64,000 nucleotides of DNA from Candidatus Cloacimonadales bacterium (GCA_963674825.1 OY771587.1:3456001-3520000); one strand, 5' to 3'. Counted from the first letter of the stretch, positions 19,406 to 29,625 are shown. The notes: generated by a model from the letters alone, not told the origin. A program made the numbers and translations.

Positions 19406-20787
19406 ATTCCGAGCTCCATCATTTCCTTGCGATCGCGTTCGGAGATGTGATCCTTACCGCGAACAAACATTCGTATGGCGGCCCCGGAGAAATCGAACTC
19501 CTCGCGCAGCCGGTTGTGAAGATAGCGACGATATTGTTCGGAAACCATTTTAGCGTTGTTCACAAAGAAAACGATGGTAGGCGGATGCACCATCACCTGT
19601 GTGCAATAGTAGAACTTGATCTGCTTTCCGGTGGGGTGTGATGGTGGGTATTTCGCGATAGCCGACTTGAGGAACTGATTCAGCTTTGAGGTCGGGATGC
19701 GCTGGCTGGAGTGCGAGAACACTTCCAAAATCATTTCGAGAAGCTTGCGAATCCGCTGCCCCGTCAAGGCAGAGCTGAATACGATGGGTGCATGTTCGAG
19801 GAACGGCAGTTCGCGCGCAAATTCCTTGGAGAACTTGTTGACGGTGTTGCTGTCCTTTTCGACCAGATCCCATTTGTTGAACACGACCAGCACATCCTTG
19901 TAGTTGCGATGTGCGTAGGAAGCGATCTTTTTATCCTGGTGTGAGATTTCGGTGGATGCATCAAGGATGAGCAGCACGATGTCCGCGCGATTGATGCTCT
20001 CGATGGTCCGCATAGAGCTGAAATATTCCACGCCTTTTTTGATGCGCGTTTTACGGCGCAGTCCGGCAGTATCGATCAGCACCAATTTCTTGCCAAAGTA
20101 GTTCAACGTGCTATCGATCGAATCACGAGTAGTGCCAGGTACATCGCTGACGATAACGGTATCCTCGCCAATCAGGCGGTTGATAATGGATGATTTTCCG
20201 ACGTTAGGTTTACCTACAATGGCGATATTGATCTGGTTCTCGTCCGTCTCCTGTTTGACTTCTGAACGCTTGCCTGGCTTCATGCGTTTGATGAGCTCAT
20301 CCAGGAAGTTCCCGACGTTGCGACCGTGGGACGCGGAGATGGGGAAGGCGTCGTTGAATCCAAGCTGCAGGAAATCATAGACTTCGAGCTCAAACTTTTC
20401 GTTGTCGGCCTTATTTGCCACCAGCATCACTTTATCGCGATGGGCAGAGAGAATTCTGGCGATTTCGATGTCGATATCGGTTGCTCCGGTATGTGCATCG
20501 ACGACGAAGAGGATGAAATCTGCCTCTTCGATGGAAAGCTCGGCCTGAAATCGCACTTGTTTGTCGATACTGTCGTCCGAATAGGGGATAATCCCGCCGG
20601 TATCGACGATGACAAACACGTGGTCGTCCCAGGTAACTTCTTCATATTTGCGATCACGAGTAATTCCAGATTCGGGATCGACAATGGCTTTCCGCTTGCG
20701 GCACAGTCGATTGAATAGTGTCGATTTACCGACGTTCGGTCTTCCTACGATAGCGACTATTTTCTTTAGCATCTTATCTAACTCCAT
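19390..20787 (-). CDS. der: Ribosome biogenesis GTPase Der (EngA)
   Basis: Two GTPase domains (GRPNVGKS/DTGG and GKPNVGKS/DTAG) plus KH-like C-domain. Confidence 0.97.
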   Translation of the reverse strand: MELDKMLKKIVAIVGRPNVGKSTLFNRLCRKRKAIVDPESGITRDRKYEEVTWDDHVFVIVDTGGIIPYSDDSIDKQVRFQAELSIEEADFILFVVDAHTGATDIDIEIARILSAHRDKVMLVANKADNEKFELEVYDFLQLGFNDAFPISASHGRNVGNFLDELIKRMKPGKRSEVKQETDENQINIAIVGKPNVGKSSIINRLIGEDTVIVSDVPGTTRDSIDSTLNYFGKKLVLIDTAGLRRKTRIKKGVEYFSSMRTIESINRADIVLLILDASTEISHQDKKIASYAHRNYKDVLVVFNKWDLVEKDSNTVNKFSKEFARELPFLEHAPIVFSSALTGQRIRKLLEMILEVFSHSSQRIPTSKLNQFLKSAIAKYPPSHPTGKQIKFYYCTQVMVHPPTIVFFVNNAKMVSEQYRRYLHNRLREEFDFSGAAIRMFVRGKDHISERDRKEMMELGIWDKD

Positions 20788-20949
20788 GTTTATAGAGAAA
20801 GTAATCAGTTTTTGTTAGCGGTGATTTCTGTCAACCAGAAACCGTCGGTATATTTTATGTTGCGTCACACACTTATTGACAGTTTTCTCCTTCAGCCCTA
20901 TTTCGTTGACGGCATCCTCAGAATTCAGAATATAGATACGGAGGTACAT

Positions 20950-21702
20950 ATGCTCGAAATCTGCATCGGTGACATCGATTCGGCCATTACAGCGGTTTCA
21001 GGCGGCGCTGACCGTCTGGAAGTTAATTGCGCTCTTGCATTGGGCGGACTCACCCCATCGCAAGTCATGGTCGAAACCATCTTGCAAGTAGTATCGATTC
21101 CCATCATTGTCATGATTCGTCCGCGTGAAGGTGACTTCACCTACTCGGAGCGTGAATTCAAGCTCATGCTGTATGAAGCTGCGAGAATGCTGGAACTCGG
21201 AGCGTCCGGGATTGCCTTCGGCGTGATCGACGATCAAGGCAAAATCGACGTTCGCCGTGTAGAAAGGATAGTAGCATTGACTGGGGCAGCCGAAACCGTT
21301 TTCCATCGCGCCTTCGATCTATTATCCGATCCCGTTGCCAACACCTGCCTGCTGCAAGACCTCGGTGTGACCAGGATTCTCACCAGCGGTTGCCATGCTA
21401 CCGCGTGGGAAGGACGCCACGTCCTGAAAGAGATGATCGACATCCCTGGACGTACCATTCAGATCCTTCCGGCGAGTGGCATTAATGCCCGGAACGCAGA
21501 GCAGCTCGTCAATCACCTCGGGCAAAGAGACTTGCACGCTTCGTGCAGCATGCTGGTCAATTCATCAATGCCACAAAATGATCAGATTCGGTTCAATGCA
21601 CGCGATCTGCCGGAACATGCCCACTTTGCCACGGACGAGCGGAAATTGAAGGAACTTCGGGATATTAACCCATCCTCTTTGAAAAAACCTTTGACAAAAT
21701 AA
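20950..21702 (+). CDS. cutC: Copper homeostasis protein CutC family
   Basis: Start moved to ATG 20950 after GGAGG; LEIC, GADRLE, GGLTPS, MIRPREGDF, FHRAFD, RILTSG. Confidence 0.93.
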   Translation: MLEICIGDIDSAITAVSGGADRLEVNCALALGGLTPSQVMVETILQVVSIPIIVMIRPREGDFTYSEREFKLMLYEAARMLELGASGIAFGVIDDQGKIDVRRVERIVALTGAAETVFHRAFDLLSDPVANTCLLQDLGVTRILTSGCHATAWEGRHVLKEMIDIPGRTIQILPASGINARNAEQLVNHLGQRDLHASCSMLVNSSMPQNDQIRFNARDLPEHAHFATDERKLKELRDINPSSLKKPLTK

Positions 21703-21744
21703 ACACGATCGATGTTTTTAGAGAAAACAAATACTGGAGGACGA

Positions 21745-22233
21745 ATGTCGGATCAAAACGAAGCCATGAACAATGTTGGTCAGACTGACGACTTGAGCAT
21801 AAAGCAGGTGAAGAAGTTCTCGCTGATCGAGCTTCTTATGATCATCATGCTGGTGGGAATCGTCGTAACTTTCATTTACCCGCTTCGGCAAATGAAGATC
21901 GATCGCGCCCGTACACAGGAAGCCATCGAGATTATCAAGAAAGCCGCCGCACTTGACGAAGAATTCAAGAAAGACCCGGATAGAGGTTTTGGCGACTACG
22001 CTTTCGATTTCTCTCAGCTGAACTACAAACCCGAAAACGAATATTTTACCTTCCGCGTTGCTGACGTTGAGCTTGAAGATCGCACCATTACCGGCGGTTA
22101 CATAACAGCAACGACAACCGAGAAGTTCGGCCATGAAGGCATCCAGATCAAGTATATGCTGCCTTCCGGTCCTTGGACACTCGACGAACCGGACAAAGCC
22201 AAAGATATTATCCATCGTAACTGGCTGCCGTAA
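21745..22233 (+). CDS. Type IV pilin-like protein
   Basis: GGAGG RBS; FSLIELLMIIMLVGIVV N-methyl-like motif with Glu5; PilE-like YITAT segment; own promoter and terminator. Confidence 0.75.
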   Translation: MSDQNEAMNNVGQTDDLSIKQVKKFSLIELLMIIMLVGIVVTFIYPLRQMKIDRARTQEAIEIIKKAAALDEEFKKDPDRGFGDYAFDFSQLNYKPENEYFTFRVADVELEDRTITGGYITATTTEKFGHEGIQIKYMLPSGPWTLDEPDKAKDIIHRNWLP

Positions 22234-22254
22234 ACGGGTTACGCACAGTTTTCA

Positions 22255-22285
22255 AACCTTCAGGGTTCGCTCTGGAGGTTTTTTT
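22255..22285 (+). terminator. Rho-independent terminator after the pilin gene
   Basis: AACCTTCAGGG-TTCG-CTCTGGAGGTT then a T run. Confidence 0.8.
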
Positions 22286-22287
22286 CT

Positions 22288-23826
22288 ATGATACCAATAC
22301 CGATTTCTTACGCCGAGATACATTATCGGCTGCCCTGGCTTAAGCCGGCCTACTTCAGGAATCTTCCTGAAATCATCACCGATTTGCCCACGCGGTACAT
22401 CGCAAGGGCAGACTATAGCCTGCCAATCGCGCTGATCGTAAAGGATGCCGATAAATTTCCGGTCACCATCAACCGTGTTACAGCCTACATCATACAGAAA
22501 GGACGAACGCGCAAACGTGCCTTCGAGCTTGACCAAACCTTCAGTGCTACCTATCGCTCCATCATCCTGCCTATTGCCAATAACGACCTAATCATGAACA
22601 GCTATTGCAGGATTACGCTGAAGATTGATTGCACGGCTCGCGGCAAGCAATACACCTTTTACAACGATAATTTCCCCGGACTCGACTGGCAGCCATACTG
22701 CTGCTACGTCACGGAAAAACCGCTTCCATACCCACAAGGATGGTTTGCCGGGGATCCACACGTTCACACCAATTATACCAACGACCAGGCAGAGTTCGGA
22801 GCCGACATCGCCCTTACGCGCGCTATGGCGATCGCGATGGGTCTGTCGTGGTTCTTTGTTGCCGATCATTCCTACGATCTCGACGATATGCCCGATAACT
22901 ATCTCGAGAACGATCCGAACTTACCCAAATGGCATCAGATGCGTAAGGAAGTTGCCGAGTTGGATTCATCCGAATGCCGTATCCTGCCAGGCGAAGAGGC
23001 CTCCATCGGCAACGCTCGAGGTGAGAACGTTCACATGCTCTCGATCAACCGCGACGACTTTATCCCCGGTCACGGCGATAGCGCGGAAAACTGGCTGGAG
23101 AACCACCCTCAAGTGAGCTTAAATCAACTCGAACCCGATCAGAATGGGCTTCTTATTGCGGCGCACACATTCGAACAGGTTCCTATCCTGCAGAAGCTCC
23201 TTTTACGACGCGGTAACTGGTCGATACGCGACTTCCATGTCGCCGGTATCCGGCATCTTCAGGCGATCAACTCCGCCCGGAGACAGGATATTGTTGAGAG
23301 CTTGCTGCACTGGCGTGACCTGTTGCTGCTTGGTAATCGATTCGTCATCCTTGCAGGTAACGACGCACATGGTAATTTCAACGTAATGCGCCAGATTAGT
23401 GTCCCCTTTTTGAAGCTGTTCAGCTCGCGCAAGCAAACCTTTGGACGCATGATGACGATTTTCAAGCATCGAACGAACGATCCTATCGCAGGTCTTGATC
23501 ATGGTGAGATTATTGTCTCCAATGGACCTTTTCTGCGGTTCCAGCTTGGTAAAGGTGATCACGCAGTAACGATTGGTCAGTCGATGAAATCGAGGAAAGA
23601 GCGGTTGTTCTTCGAGGCGGAAACAACACCAGAATTCGGAAGGATTACACGCATTGATCTTCTTATTGGTGACATCGATTGCTGCAGCGAGCAGCGTATT
23701 GTCAATCCGGAGAATAAAAAACGGTTGCATTTACCGAGTCGAGGATATGTCCGCATGGAACTGCGCACCCGTAACGGTGGTTTCGCTGCGACGAATCCTA
23801 TATGGGTTGAGCCTTCCGAGCATTGA
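22288..23826 (+). CDS. PHP-family (CehA/McbA-like) metallohydrolase
   Basis: GDPHVHT, ADHS, PGEE, AAH and GNDAH metal-binding motifs; TNPIW near the C-terminus. Confidence 0.8.
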   Translation: MIPIPISYAEIHYRLPWLKPAYFRNLPEIITDLPTRYIARADYSLPIALIVKDADKFPVTINRVTAYIIQKGRTRKRAFELDQTFSATYRSIILPIANNDLIMNSYCRITLKIDCTARGKQYTFYNDNFPGLDWQPYCCYVTEKPLPYPQGWFAGDPHVHTNYTNDQAEFGADIALTRAMAIAMGLSWFFVADHSYDLDDMPDNYLENDPNLPKWHQMRKEVAELDSSECRILPGEEASIGNARGENVHMLSINRDDFIPGHGDSAENWLENHPQVSLNQLEPDQNGLLIAAHTFEQVPILQKLLLRRGNWSIRDFHVAGIRHLQAINSARRQDIVESLLHWRDLLLLGNRFVILAGNDAHGNFNVMRQISVPFLKLFSSRKQTFGRMMTIFKHRTNDPIAGLDHGEIIVSNGPFLRFQLGKGDHAVTIGQSMKSRKERLFFEAETTPEFGRITRIDLLIGDIDCCSEQRIVNPENKKRLHLPSRGYVRMELRTRNGGFAATNPIWVEPSEH

Positions 23827-23867
23827 GAATGAAAAGGGGCATCTTCCGACACCCCTCAAGTAATACA

Positions 23868-25139
23868 TTAACGTACGATTGTTATTTTCCTGACTGATAA
23901 CGTTTTGCTTTCATTCATTGCGGCACAGAAATAGATACCCGATCCAGTCTGTTTGCCATTCACATCGCGTCCGTCCCAGGTGTTTCCGTGAACGTTAGCG
24001 ATGCGTCGTCCGCGCACGTCATAGATAATATAGCGGTCAGCGTTTGTGCCTTCCGGGAGTGAAAAGCTGATACTGCTTCCGTAGCGTGCCGGATTGGGCC
24101 AAGCCTGCAACGCGATAGGAAGGTTCGGCTCTATTCCTTCATCCTGAATTGACGAGGTTTCGACTTTCACAACAACATCTGTTGCACCCACAGCAACCTC
24201 GTAAGTATTTAACAATGAATCGTTTTCCAGTTCATATCGATAGACATCCGAATTGGAAATATAATCGCCAGCATCGACGGATAGCAGCTCACCATTATAG
24301 ATCGTCAGCGCGTTTCCACCAAGAAAGATGCCATCGTTGGGCTCGACAAGCACATCCAGTGTTTCAGCGTTATAAACGTAAACACCTGCTGGCCATGCGT
24401 TTCCCACAAACATCCGGCCATCCTCAAAACAAGCGATCGATTTAGGCGTTCCTCCCAGATTGAGCGTTTCGGTAACAACATTCGTCTGGGGATCGATGAG
24501 ATCGATCTTGCCTGCCACATCGATATAATTTCCGGTACATGATAGGTGGATCATATCGTTATAGACTGCCATACTTTGTGGGTTGAGATCGGTATCGATC
24601 GTAGTAATAAGAGAACAATCCGATGCATCGAAGACCGAAACGGTACCGGGGCTGTACGAATAATTGGATGGATTGAAACCGGTGTTCGAGACGTATATCT
24701 TGCCATCAAAATAAAGGAGACTCTGCGGGTACGTTCCTGTCGCAATAGAGTTGACCACTTCTTCCGATTCCAGATCAATCTGATAGAGGTGGTTGTCGCC
24801 ACTGCCGGTAACCCAAAGATAACCTTCACCGGAGCAGACACCGTACGGCAATACGTTATCACCCAGATAAATGCTGTTCCGTACGCGATTTGACGATAGC
24901 TCGACGACTTCCAGCCTGTTCTCGTAGGTAACTGTCACATAGGCTGTATCGTCCAGGATCGCCATGTAGTTCGGCGCGGCATAGGGGGCATTGCTTAAAA
25001 CCGCAAAGTCGGGATCGATGATACCGGATTCGGTATCGACACTTGAAAGGGTTTGGCTTTCGGAATTCACGACGTAAAAATCGTAACCGAACAGTACCGC
25101 TGAAACAAGCATCAGCAGCGCAATAGAGAATTGTTTCAT
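23868..25139 (-). CDS. YncE/BtuG-like beta-propeller with C-terminal FlgD/T9SS-type sorting domain
   Basis: Signal peptide; repeated propeller blades (YVVNS, YVSNTG..GTVSV, GKIDLIDP); tail AWPNPA...IYDVRGR...WDG...SGIYF. Confidence 0.78.
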   Translation of the reverse strand: MKQFSIALLMLVSAVLFGYDFYVVNSESQTLSSVDTESGIIDPDFAVLSNAPYAAPNYMAILDDTAYVTVTYENRLEVVELSSNRVRNSIYLGDNVLPYGVCSGEGYLWVTGSGDNHLYQIDLESEEVVNSIATGTYPQSLLYFDGKIYVSNTGFNPSNYSYSPGTVSVFDASDCSLITTIDTDLNPQSMAVYNDMIHLSCTGNYIDVAGKIDLIDPQTNVVTETLNLGGTPKSIACFEDGRMFVGNAWPAGVYVYNAETLDVLVEPNDGIFLGGNALTIYNGELLSVDAGDYISNSDVYRYELENDSLLNTYEVAVGATDVVVKVETSSIQDEGIEPNLPIALQAWPNPARYGSSISFSLPEGTNADRYIIYDVRGRRIANVHGNTWDGRDVNGKQTGSGIYFCAAMNESKTLSVRKITIVR

Positions 25140-25211
25140 CTTTCCTCCTCGATGAGGAGGGGTAAGTAAGGGGCCAACCTCGCTCTCCCTCCGAAAGTGA
25201 TTGGGTATAAC

Positions 25212-25376
25212 GATTTCGGCATGTCTCCTGGCTCGAAGCTCAATCCTACTTGCTCAGCCTTCCCAACCATCGGTCAGTGGCTCTTTCCGAGCGTTCGTAA
25301 CTTCTTACAGGAGCGGGGGCTGCTCCCGAATTTCACGGGATTCCATCTTAGCGTCTTGGAAAGACGAACCGGAATC
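25212..25376 (-). promoter_or_regulatory. Cobalamin (B12) riboswitch
   Basis: Minus strand: GATTCCGGT...TAAGATGGAATCCCGTGAAATTCGGGAGCAGCCCCCGCTCCTGTAA...GCCACTG...GGGAAGGC...AGCCAGGAGACATGCCGAAATC; B12 box and P1 pairing visible. Confidence 0.92.
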
Positions 25377-25612
25377 TGACGTCAGATTTGCGAGCTTGGA
25401 AAATCGGTCAAGCAAATATGGAGATGATAGCAGAGGACTGGCAAAATCACAGCGTATTTTTCCAAAAACGTTCTAGCCCTGCCATGAAAACTGCGGGACT
25501 TTTCTCATATTTCCATTTATTGCGATCAGCCCTTTCATCAGATTTCCTTGACAAATAAGGACGAGCCATTTCAAGCTTACAGAAACTACGCAAAGAAAAA
25601 ACGAAGGAATGA

Positions 25613-27142
25613 ATGATGACGAAACGATTTTTGTTTTTTTTGATTCTCGCGCTGCCATTACTGCTTGTTGCGCAGGATATTGATTCCACTTCAGTAACTG
25701 CGACCGCCAGCACCGGATTCGGCTTTGGCGGAGCGTTTGGAAGCATGACCATGGGCGGTAAGACCTACGCTCAGATCCGCCTGATGCCGGAACTGGTCTT
25801 CGGAAAATTCGGAATCGGTCTCGACGCGGATATCCTGATCGACGAAGAGGGTAACATCCGCGAAGAGGATTGGGACGAATGGGAAGACTACATCAACAAG
25901 ATCTATTACATCCGTTGGAGCCAGCGCGGCGATACCTTCTACGGTAAAGTCGGCGGATTCAAGAGCTACACGCTTGGTCATGGCCTGATCATGAGCAATT
26001 ACACCAATATGCTGCTCTATCCCGAGCATCGCCAGATCGGCCTTCAGCTTGGCGGCACCTTTCCGGGTGACCTCTTTGATCTGGAAGTGTTCACCTCCAA
26101 CGTCCTCGAGAATGACATCCTCGCAGGCCGCGTAGGAACCAAGCCACTCAGTATGATGCCAATCCCGATCCTTAACGGGCTCAAGATCGGCGTTTCTGCC
26201 GCTACCGATCGCGATCAGTACAAGGGCCTTCTGGATGACGATGACGACAACTATGCAAACGAATTCGACGACTTCCCCTACAACGAAGACAAGCACAACC
26301 TCGTCGACGAACCGGACGAAGTGGCGTATCAGATGGAAATCTATCAGGAAATCCACGGCGATACCACCGGCTTCCATAACTGGTTCTGGAATGATTCTGC
26401 CGCGATCGACAGTCGCCGCAACCCGTCGCTCGACGAGTTCGAGAAAGACGATGTGACTGTCGTGGGCGTCGATTACGAATTACCCCTGATTCAGCTCGAA
26501 CAATTCTATCTCAGCAACTATGCTGAATACGCCAACATCCTCGATCATCAGTGGGGCTTGATTTTCCCAGGTTTCTACATGAAATTTCTCATCTTTAACA
26601 TGAACCTCGAATATCGATATTACCACGAGGATTTCGAGCCATCGTTCTTCGACAACCTCTATGAGGAAAATCGCGTGAGCGTTTATACGGTTAATGATTC
26701 CGCAGTTGCCTATACCAAGGAAGAGACACTTCCGCTGAATCCCGAGATGCAGGGTTGGTATGGCAGCGTCACCGCCAACCTCTTCAACACGCTCTATCTG
26801 ACCGTTGCATACGAAGATATGTACACCAGCGCGAATGAAGACGAAGGCTGGAGCGACCGCAATAAGTCGATCTGGGGTAAGCTTGCCCTGGCGCAGTCGG
26901 TAATTCCGCAGCTCAAGGAACTCTCCATCGCTTACCAGCAAACGCGCGTCAAACACGTACTCAAAGAATGGAAGACACCGTCCTCGCTTATTACCGGAAC
27001 CGTTGTCTATGGCATGTCCAGCAACACCAATCTGGTTGCGAAATATCAGGAACGCTATGTTGACTACAACAACGACGGCGAGATCAAGAGTGAAGACGAG
27101 ACCATCAAGACGATGGCCTTCGGCGTCGAATTCCACTTCTGA
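25613..27142 (+). CDS. Acidic outer-membrane barrel-like protein with Ca-binding-type Asp motifs
   Basis: Signal peptide; amphipathic strands; DDDDDNYANEFDDFP and DYNNDGEI motifs; ends FGVEFHF. Confidence 0.65.
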   Translation: MMTKRFLFFLILALPLLLVAQDIDSTSVTATASTGFGFGGAFGSMTMGGKTYAQIRLMPELVFGKFGIGLDADILIDEEGNIREEDWDEWEDYINKIYYIRWSQRGDTFYGKVGGFKSYTLGHGLIMSNYTNMLLYPEHRQIGLQLGGTFPGDLFDLEVFTSNVLENDILAGRVGTKPLSMMPIPILNGLKIGVSAATDRDQYKGLLDDDDDNYANEFDDFPYNEDKHNLVDEPDEVAYQMEIYQEIHGDTTGFHNWFWNDSAAIDSRRNPSLDEFEKDDVTVVGVDYELPLIQLEQFYLSNYAEYANILDHQWGLIFPGFYMKFLIFNMNLEYRYYHEDFEPSFFDNLYEENRVSVYTVNDSAVAYTKEETLPLNPEMQGWYGSVTANLFNTLYLTVAYEDMYTSANEDEGWSDRNKSIWGKLALAQSVIPQLKELSIAYQQTRVKHVLKEWKTPSSLITGTVVYGMSSNTNLVAKYQERYVDYNNDGEIKSEDETIKTMAFGVEFHF

Positions 27143-27165
27143 TCATAATCGATACAGTTTTCTGC

Positions 27166-27190
27166 AAGCCGGCTCCGTGCCGGCTTTTTT
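27166..27190 (+). terminator. Rho-independent terminator
   Basis: AAGCCGGC-TCCGT-GCCGGCTT followed by Ts. Confidence 0.85.
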
Positions 27191-27317
27191 CTTATAGTAC
27201 GCCTGTAAGGGTGCAAGTCCAAAATAATAAGTAGTCTGCTATCCTTCGGGAAAAAACCTACTTGACAAGCGTTAAATGCACGAGTAAAATTTATTTATAC
27301 GCAACAAAGCAGGTAAT

Positions 27318-27845
27318 ATGAAAAAACAAATTCTCCTTTGCGCCTTGGTTATCATGTTCGGGTGCATCTATGCCGCTGACGAACTGGATCCGCTTGGCGA
27401 TCTGGGTAATCTCTATTGGGGCATTTCAGCCGATACGGTCAGCCATCGTTATGAAGCGTCCGTGGTTGATTTCAACGAATTTGCCATCGTCTGTAACGGC
27501 GAGTACCTCGGCCATCCGGCCTACGTCATGTATATATTCAGTGATGACGGCCTGAGCATGATCACGCACAACCTGCTTGTGGAAAGCGAAGAGGCTGAAC
27601 CGTTTTTTGCCATGTATGATGAAATCCGTACTCATCTGATGAATTCTTACGGCAAGCCAACGGAAGATCAAGAAATCGGAACAGATATTGCAAAAGAAGA
27701 GTTGTTTAACGAAATCAGCAGTGGACAGAAGCAGCTCAATACGTTTTGGGTTGTGGGCGATACTCGTTTGGTCTTGAGTTTGAAGAAGAGCCGGGTGTCC
27801 GAATATCCGGTCTCGATCGTTGTCCTCTATTCGCACAACCAATAG
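27318..27845 (+). CDS. Exported hypothetical protein
   Basis: Signal peptide; LYWG and YGKP pattern; TTGACA promoter-like sequence upstream. Confidence 0.7.
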   Translation: MKKQILLCALVIMFGCIYAADELDPLGDLGNLYWGISADTVSHRYEASVVDFNEFAIVCNGEYLGHPAYVMYIFSDDGLSMITHNLLVESEEAEPFFAMYDEIRTHLMNSYGKPTEDQEIGTDIAKEELFNEISSGQKQLNTFWVVGDTRLVLSLKKSRVSEYPVSIVVLYSHNQ

Positions 27846-27861
27846 CAAAGGAGTGTTCCTT

Positions 27862-28401
27862 ATGAAGCGGTGGATCACAGGCATACTGTGCCTATTTTTT
27901 GCAATTCAACTAGCGGCTGAATCGATGATTGTGCATACCCATGAGCAAGATTACTCGTTTGATGTTGAAGACGTTAGCGTCATGCTGGTTTATACCGATA
28001 CCAACATCATCAGCATTCAGACAACAGCAGGTAACTACGATTTCCACATGCTCGACGACATCATTTCAATCGAGTTTGACACCGTCGGTATCGAGCCGGA
28101 TCTGGAGGAGATCGGAGAGCGTGTACCGGTTAAATTCCTAAAAAACTACCCCAATCCGTTCAATCCCGAGACCTCGATCAGCTTCGACACAGGCTATGAC
28201 GCGAAGGTGAACCTGACGATCTACAATGTCAAAGGGCAGAAGGTTAAAACGCTCGTTGACAGCATGATGAAACAGGGTTCGCACAGCGTAAAATGGCAGG
28301 GCACCGACAGCCACGGCAAGAAGGTTGGCGGAGGCGTTTACTTCTATCGTATCGAAGTTGGTAACAAAGTAATCACCCGTAAAATGCTGCTCCTTAAATA
28401 G
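27862..28401 (+). CDS. Small exported protein consisting mostly of a FlgD/T9SS-type C-terminal sorting domain
   Basis: AAGGAG RBS, MKRWITG signal peptide; NYPNPFNPETSISF...IYNVKGQKVKTL...GVYFYRI...KMLLLK. Confidence 0.85.
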   Translation: MKRWITGILCLFFAIQLAAESMIVHTHEQDYSFDVEDVSVMLVYTDTNIISIQTTAGNYDFHMLDDIISIEFDTVGIEPDLEEIGERVPVKFLKNYPNPFNPETSISFDTGYDAKVNLTIYNVKGQKVKTLVDSMMKQGSHSVKWQGTDSHGKKVGGGVYFYRIEVGNKVITRKMLLLK

Positions 28402-28411
28402 GGAGGATGTC

Positions 28412-29614
28412 ATGAAATATGCATCCATCCTTATAATGCTCATATTGTGCCTGAATCTGGCTGCCACGAGCATGGTTATCGAACGCCAGGATCAGGCAAG
28501 AATCATCATCCCCGTCGATACCATCGACAGCCTATATTTCTCGAATGATACCGTAGGTGAGGTCGCGCAGTTGCAGTTTGTGATGCAGGAACCGCCGGAA
28601 TATCCCAACGATCCCGTGATCATCTATATCGAGCTGGTGGATATCAATGGTAACCTCGTACTCGAATCGCATCCTGTCACACTGTCGTTTGCGACCGTTC
28701 CACCGGATATGGTAAATATCAACGACATGGTCTATACGATCTACGATTCAACGGCGGTCAATTCCGTGGACGGCGTTGTTACAGCCTCGTTAAACCCGGG
28801 CAACGTAGAAGGCGTTGTAACCATCCGCGCAACCGTTGAGGTCAACGGAAACACCATCACTGCTACCTGTCAGTATGCGATCCATATGATGGCGATCGAA
28901 GGCTTTTACCTTTGGATCGGCGACGCCGGATACAATATTGGCGGTGGTAACTGGGCTTTACCTGTAGCGGCTGTTCTGACGACAGCGGACGGAGTGCTGG
29001 TTCCAGATGGTATCCCGGTATCGTTCAGCATAGGCGATTACGGCAATGATTGGGCAAACATCGAAGAATCTGCTTACACTGGGAATTCCTGCTCCTACGC
29101 AGGCCCAACACCTGGGTATGCTTACACGATCCTGACGTATGACGGTTCGTACTCCATGTTGCCTTTGACTATCAATATCAGTGCAGGGGGATTGACGGCA
29201 CCAATAATTTCCTACTTGCCTATCAATCAGCCCCAAATGGAAGCAATACCCATGCCTGGGCATCCGGATTTTGTCTTCGACGAAGATACGCACTACTTTT
29301 CCTGCGATTTTCTGATGAATGTTACCGATGGACAGGGGAATCCGATACGAAATGCCATCATCCAGATGACTTCCACTCACGGTACCTTCCAGGAGCCGGA
29401 CGAAGAATATCAGGTTCCGAATGGCGACTGGTCGCGGCTACTAACAAACGAAGAAGGCGTGGCGATCGGAACGATCCTATTCACTGAGGAGGATTGCCCT
29501 CCGGTGGATGATCCCCCCAATGAAGTTCCCGTCGAGATGACTTTCAATCTGTACGGGACTGATGTAACCGAATCTGTGACCTTCACGCTACGAAACTACA
29601 ACGAGCTCGAATAA
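28412..29614 (+). CDS. Exported Ig-like (Big_1/invasin-type) domain protein, paralog 1
   Basis: Signal peptide; LVDINGNLV, VTDGQGNPI and TNEEGVA Big_1-like motifs; colinear with the next two ORFs. Confidence 0.7.
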   Translation: MKYASILIMLILCLNLAATSMVIERQDQARIIIPVDTIDSLYFSNDTVGEVAQLQFVMQEPPEYPNDPVIIYIELVDINGNLVLESHPVTLSFATVPPDMVNINDMVYTIYDSTAVNSVDGVVTASLNPGNVEGVVTIRATVEVNGNTITATCQYAIHMMAIEGFYLWIGDAGYNIGGGNWALPVAAVLTTADGVLVPDGIPVSFSIGDYGNDWANIEESAYTGNSCSYAGPTPGYAYTILTYDGSYSMLPLTINISAGGLTAPIISYLPINQPQMEAIPMPGHPDFVFDEDTHYFSCDFLMNVTDGQGNPIRNAIIQMTSTHGTFQEPDEEYQVPNGDWSRLLTNEEGVAIGTILFTEEDCPPVDDPPNEVPVEMTFNLYGTDVTESVTFTLRNYNELE

Positions 29615-29625
29615 AGAGGTGGCCC

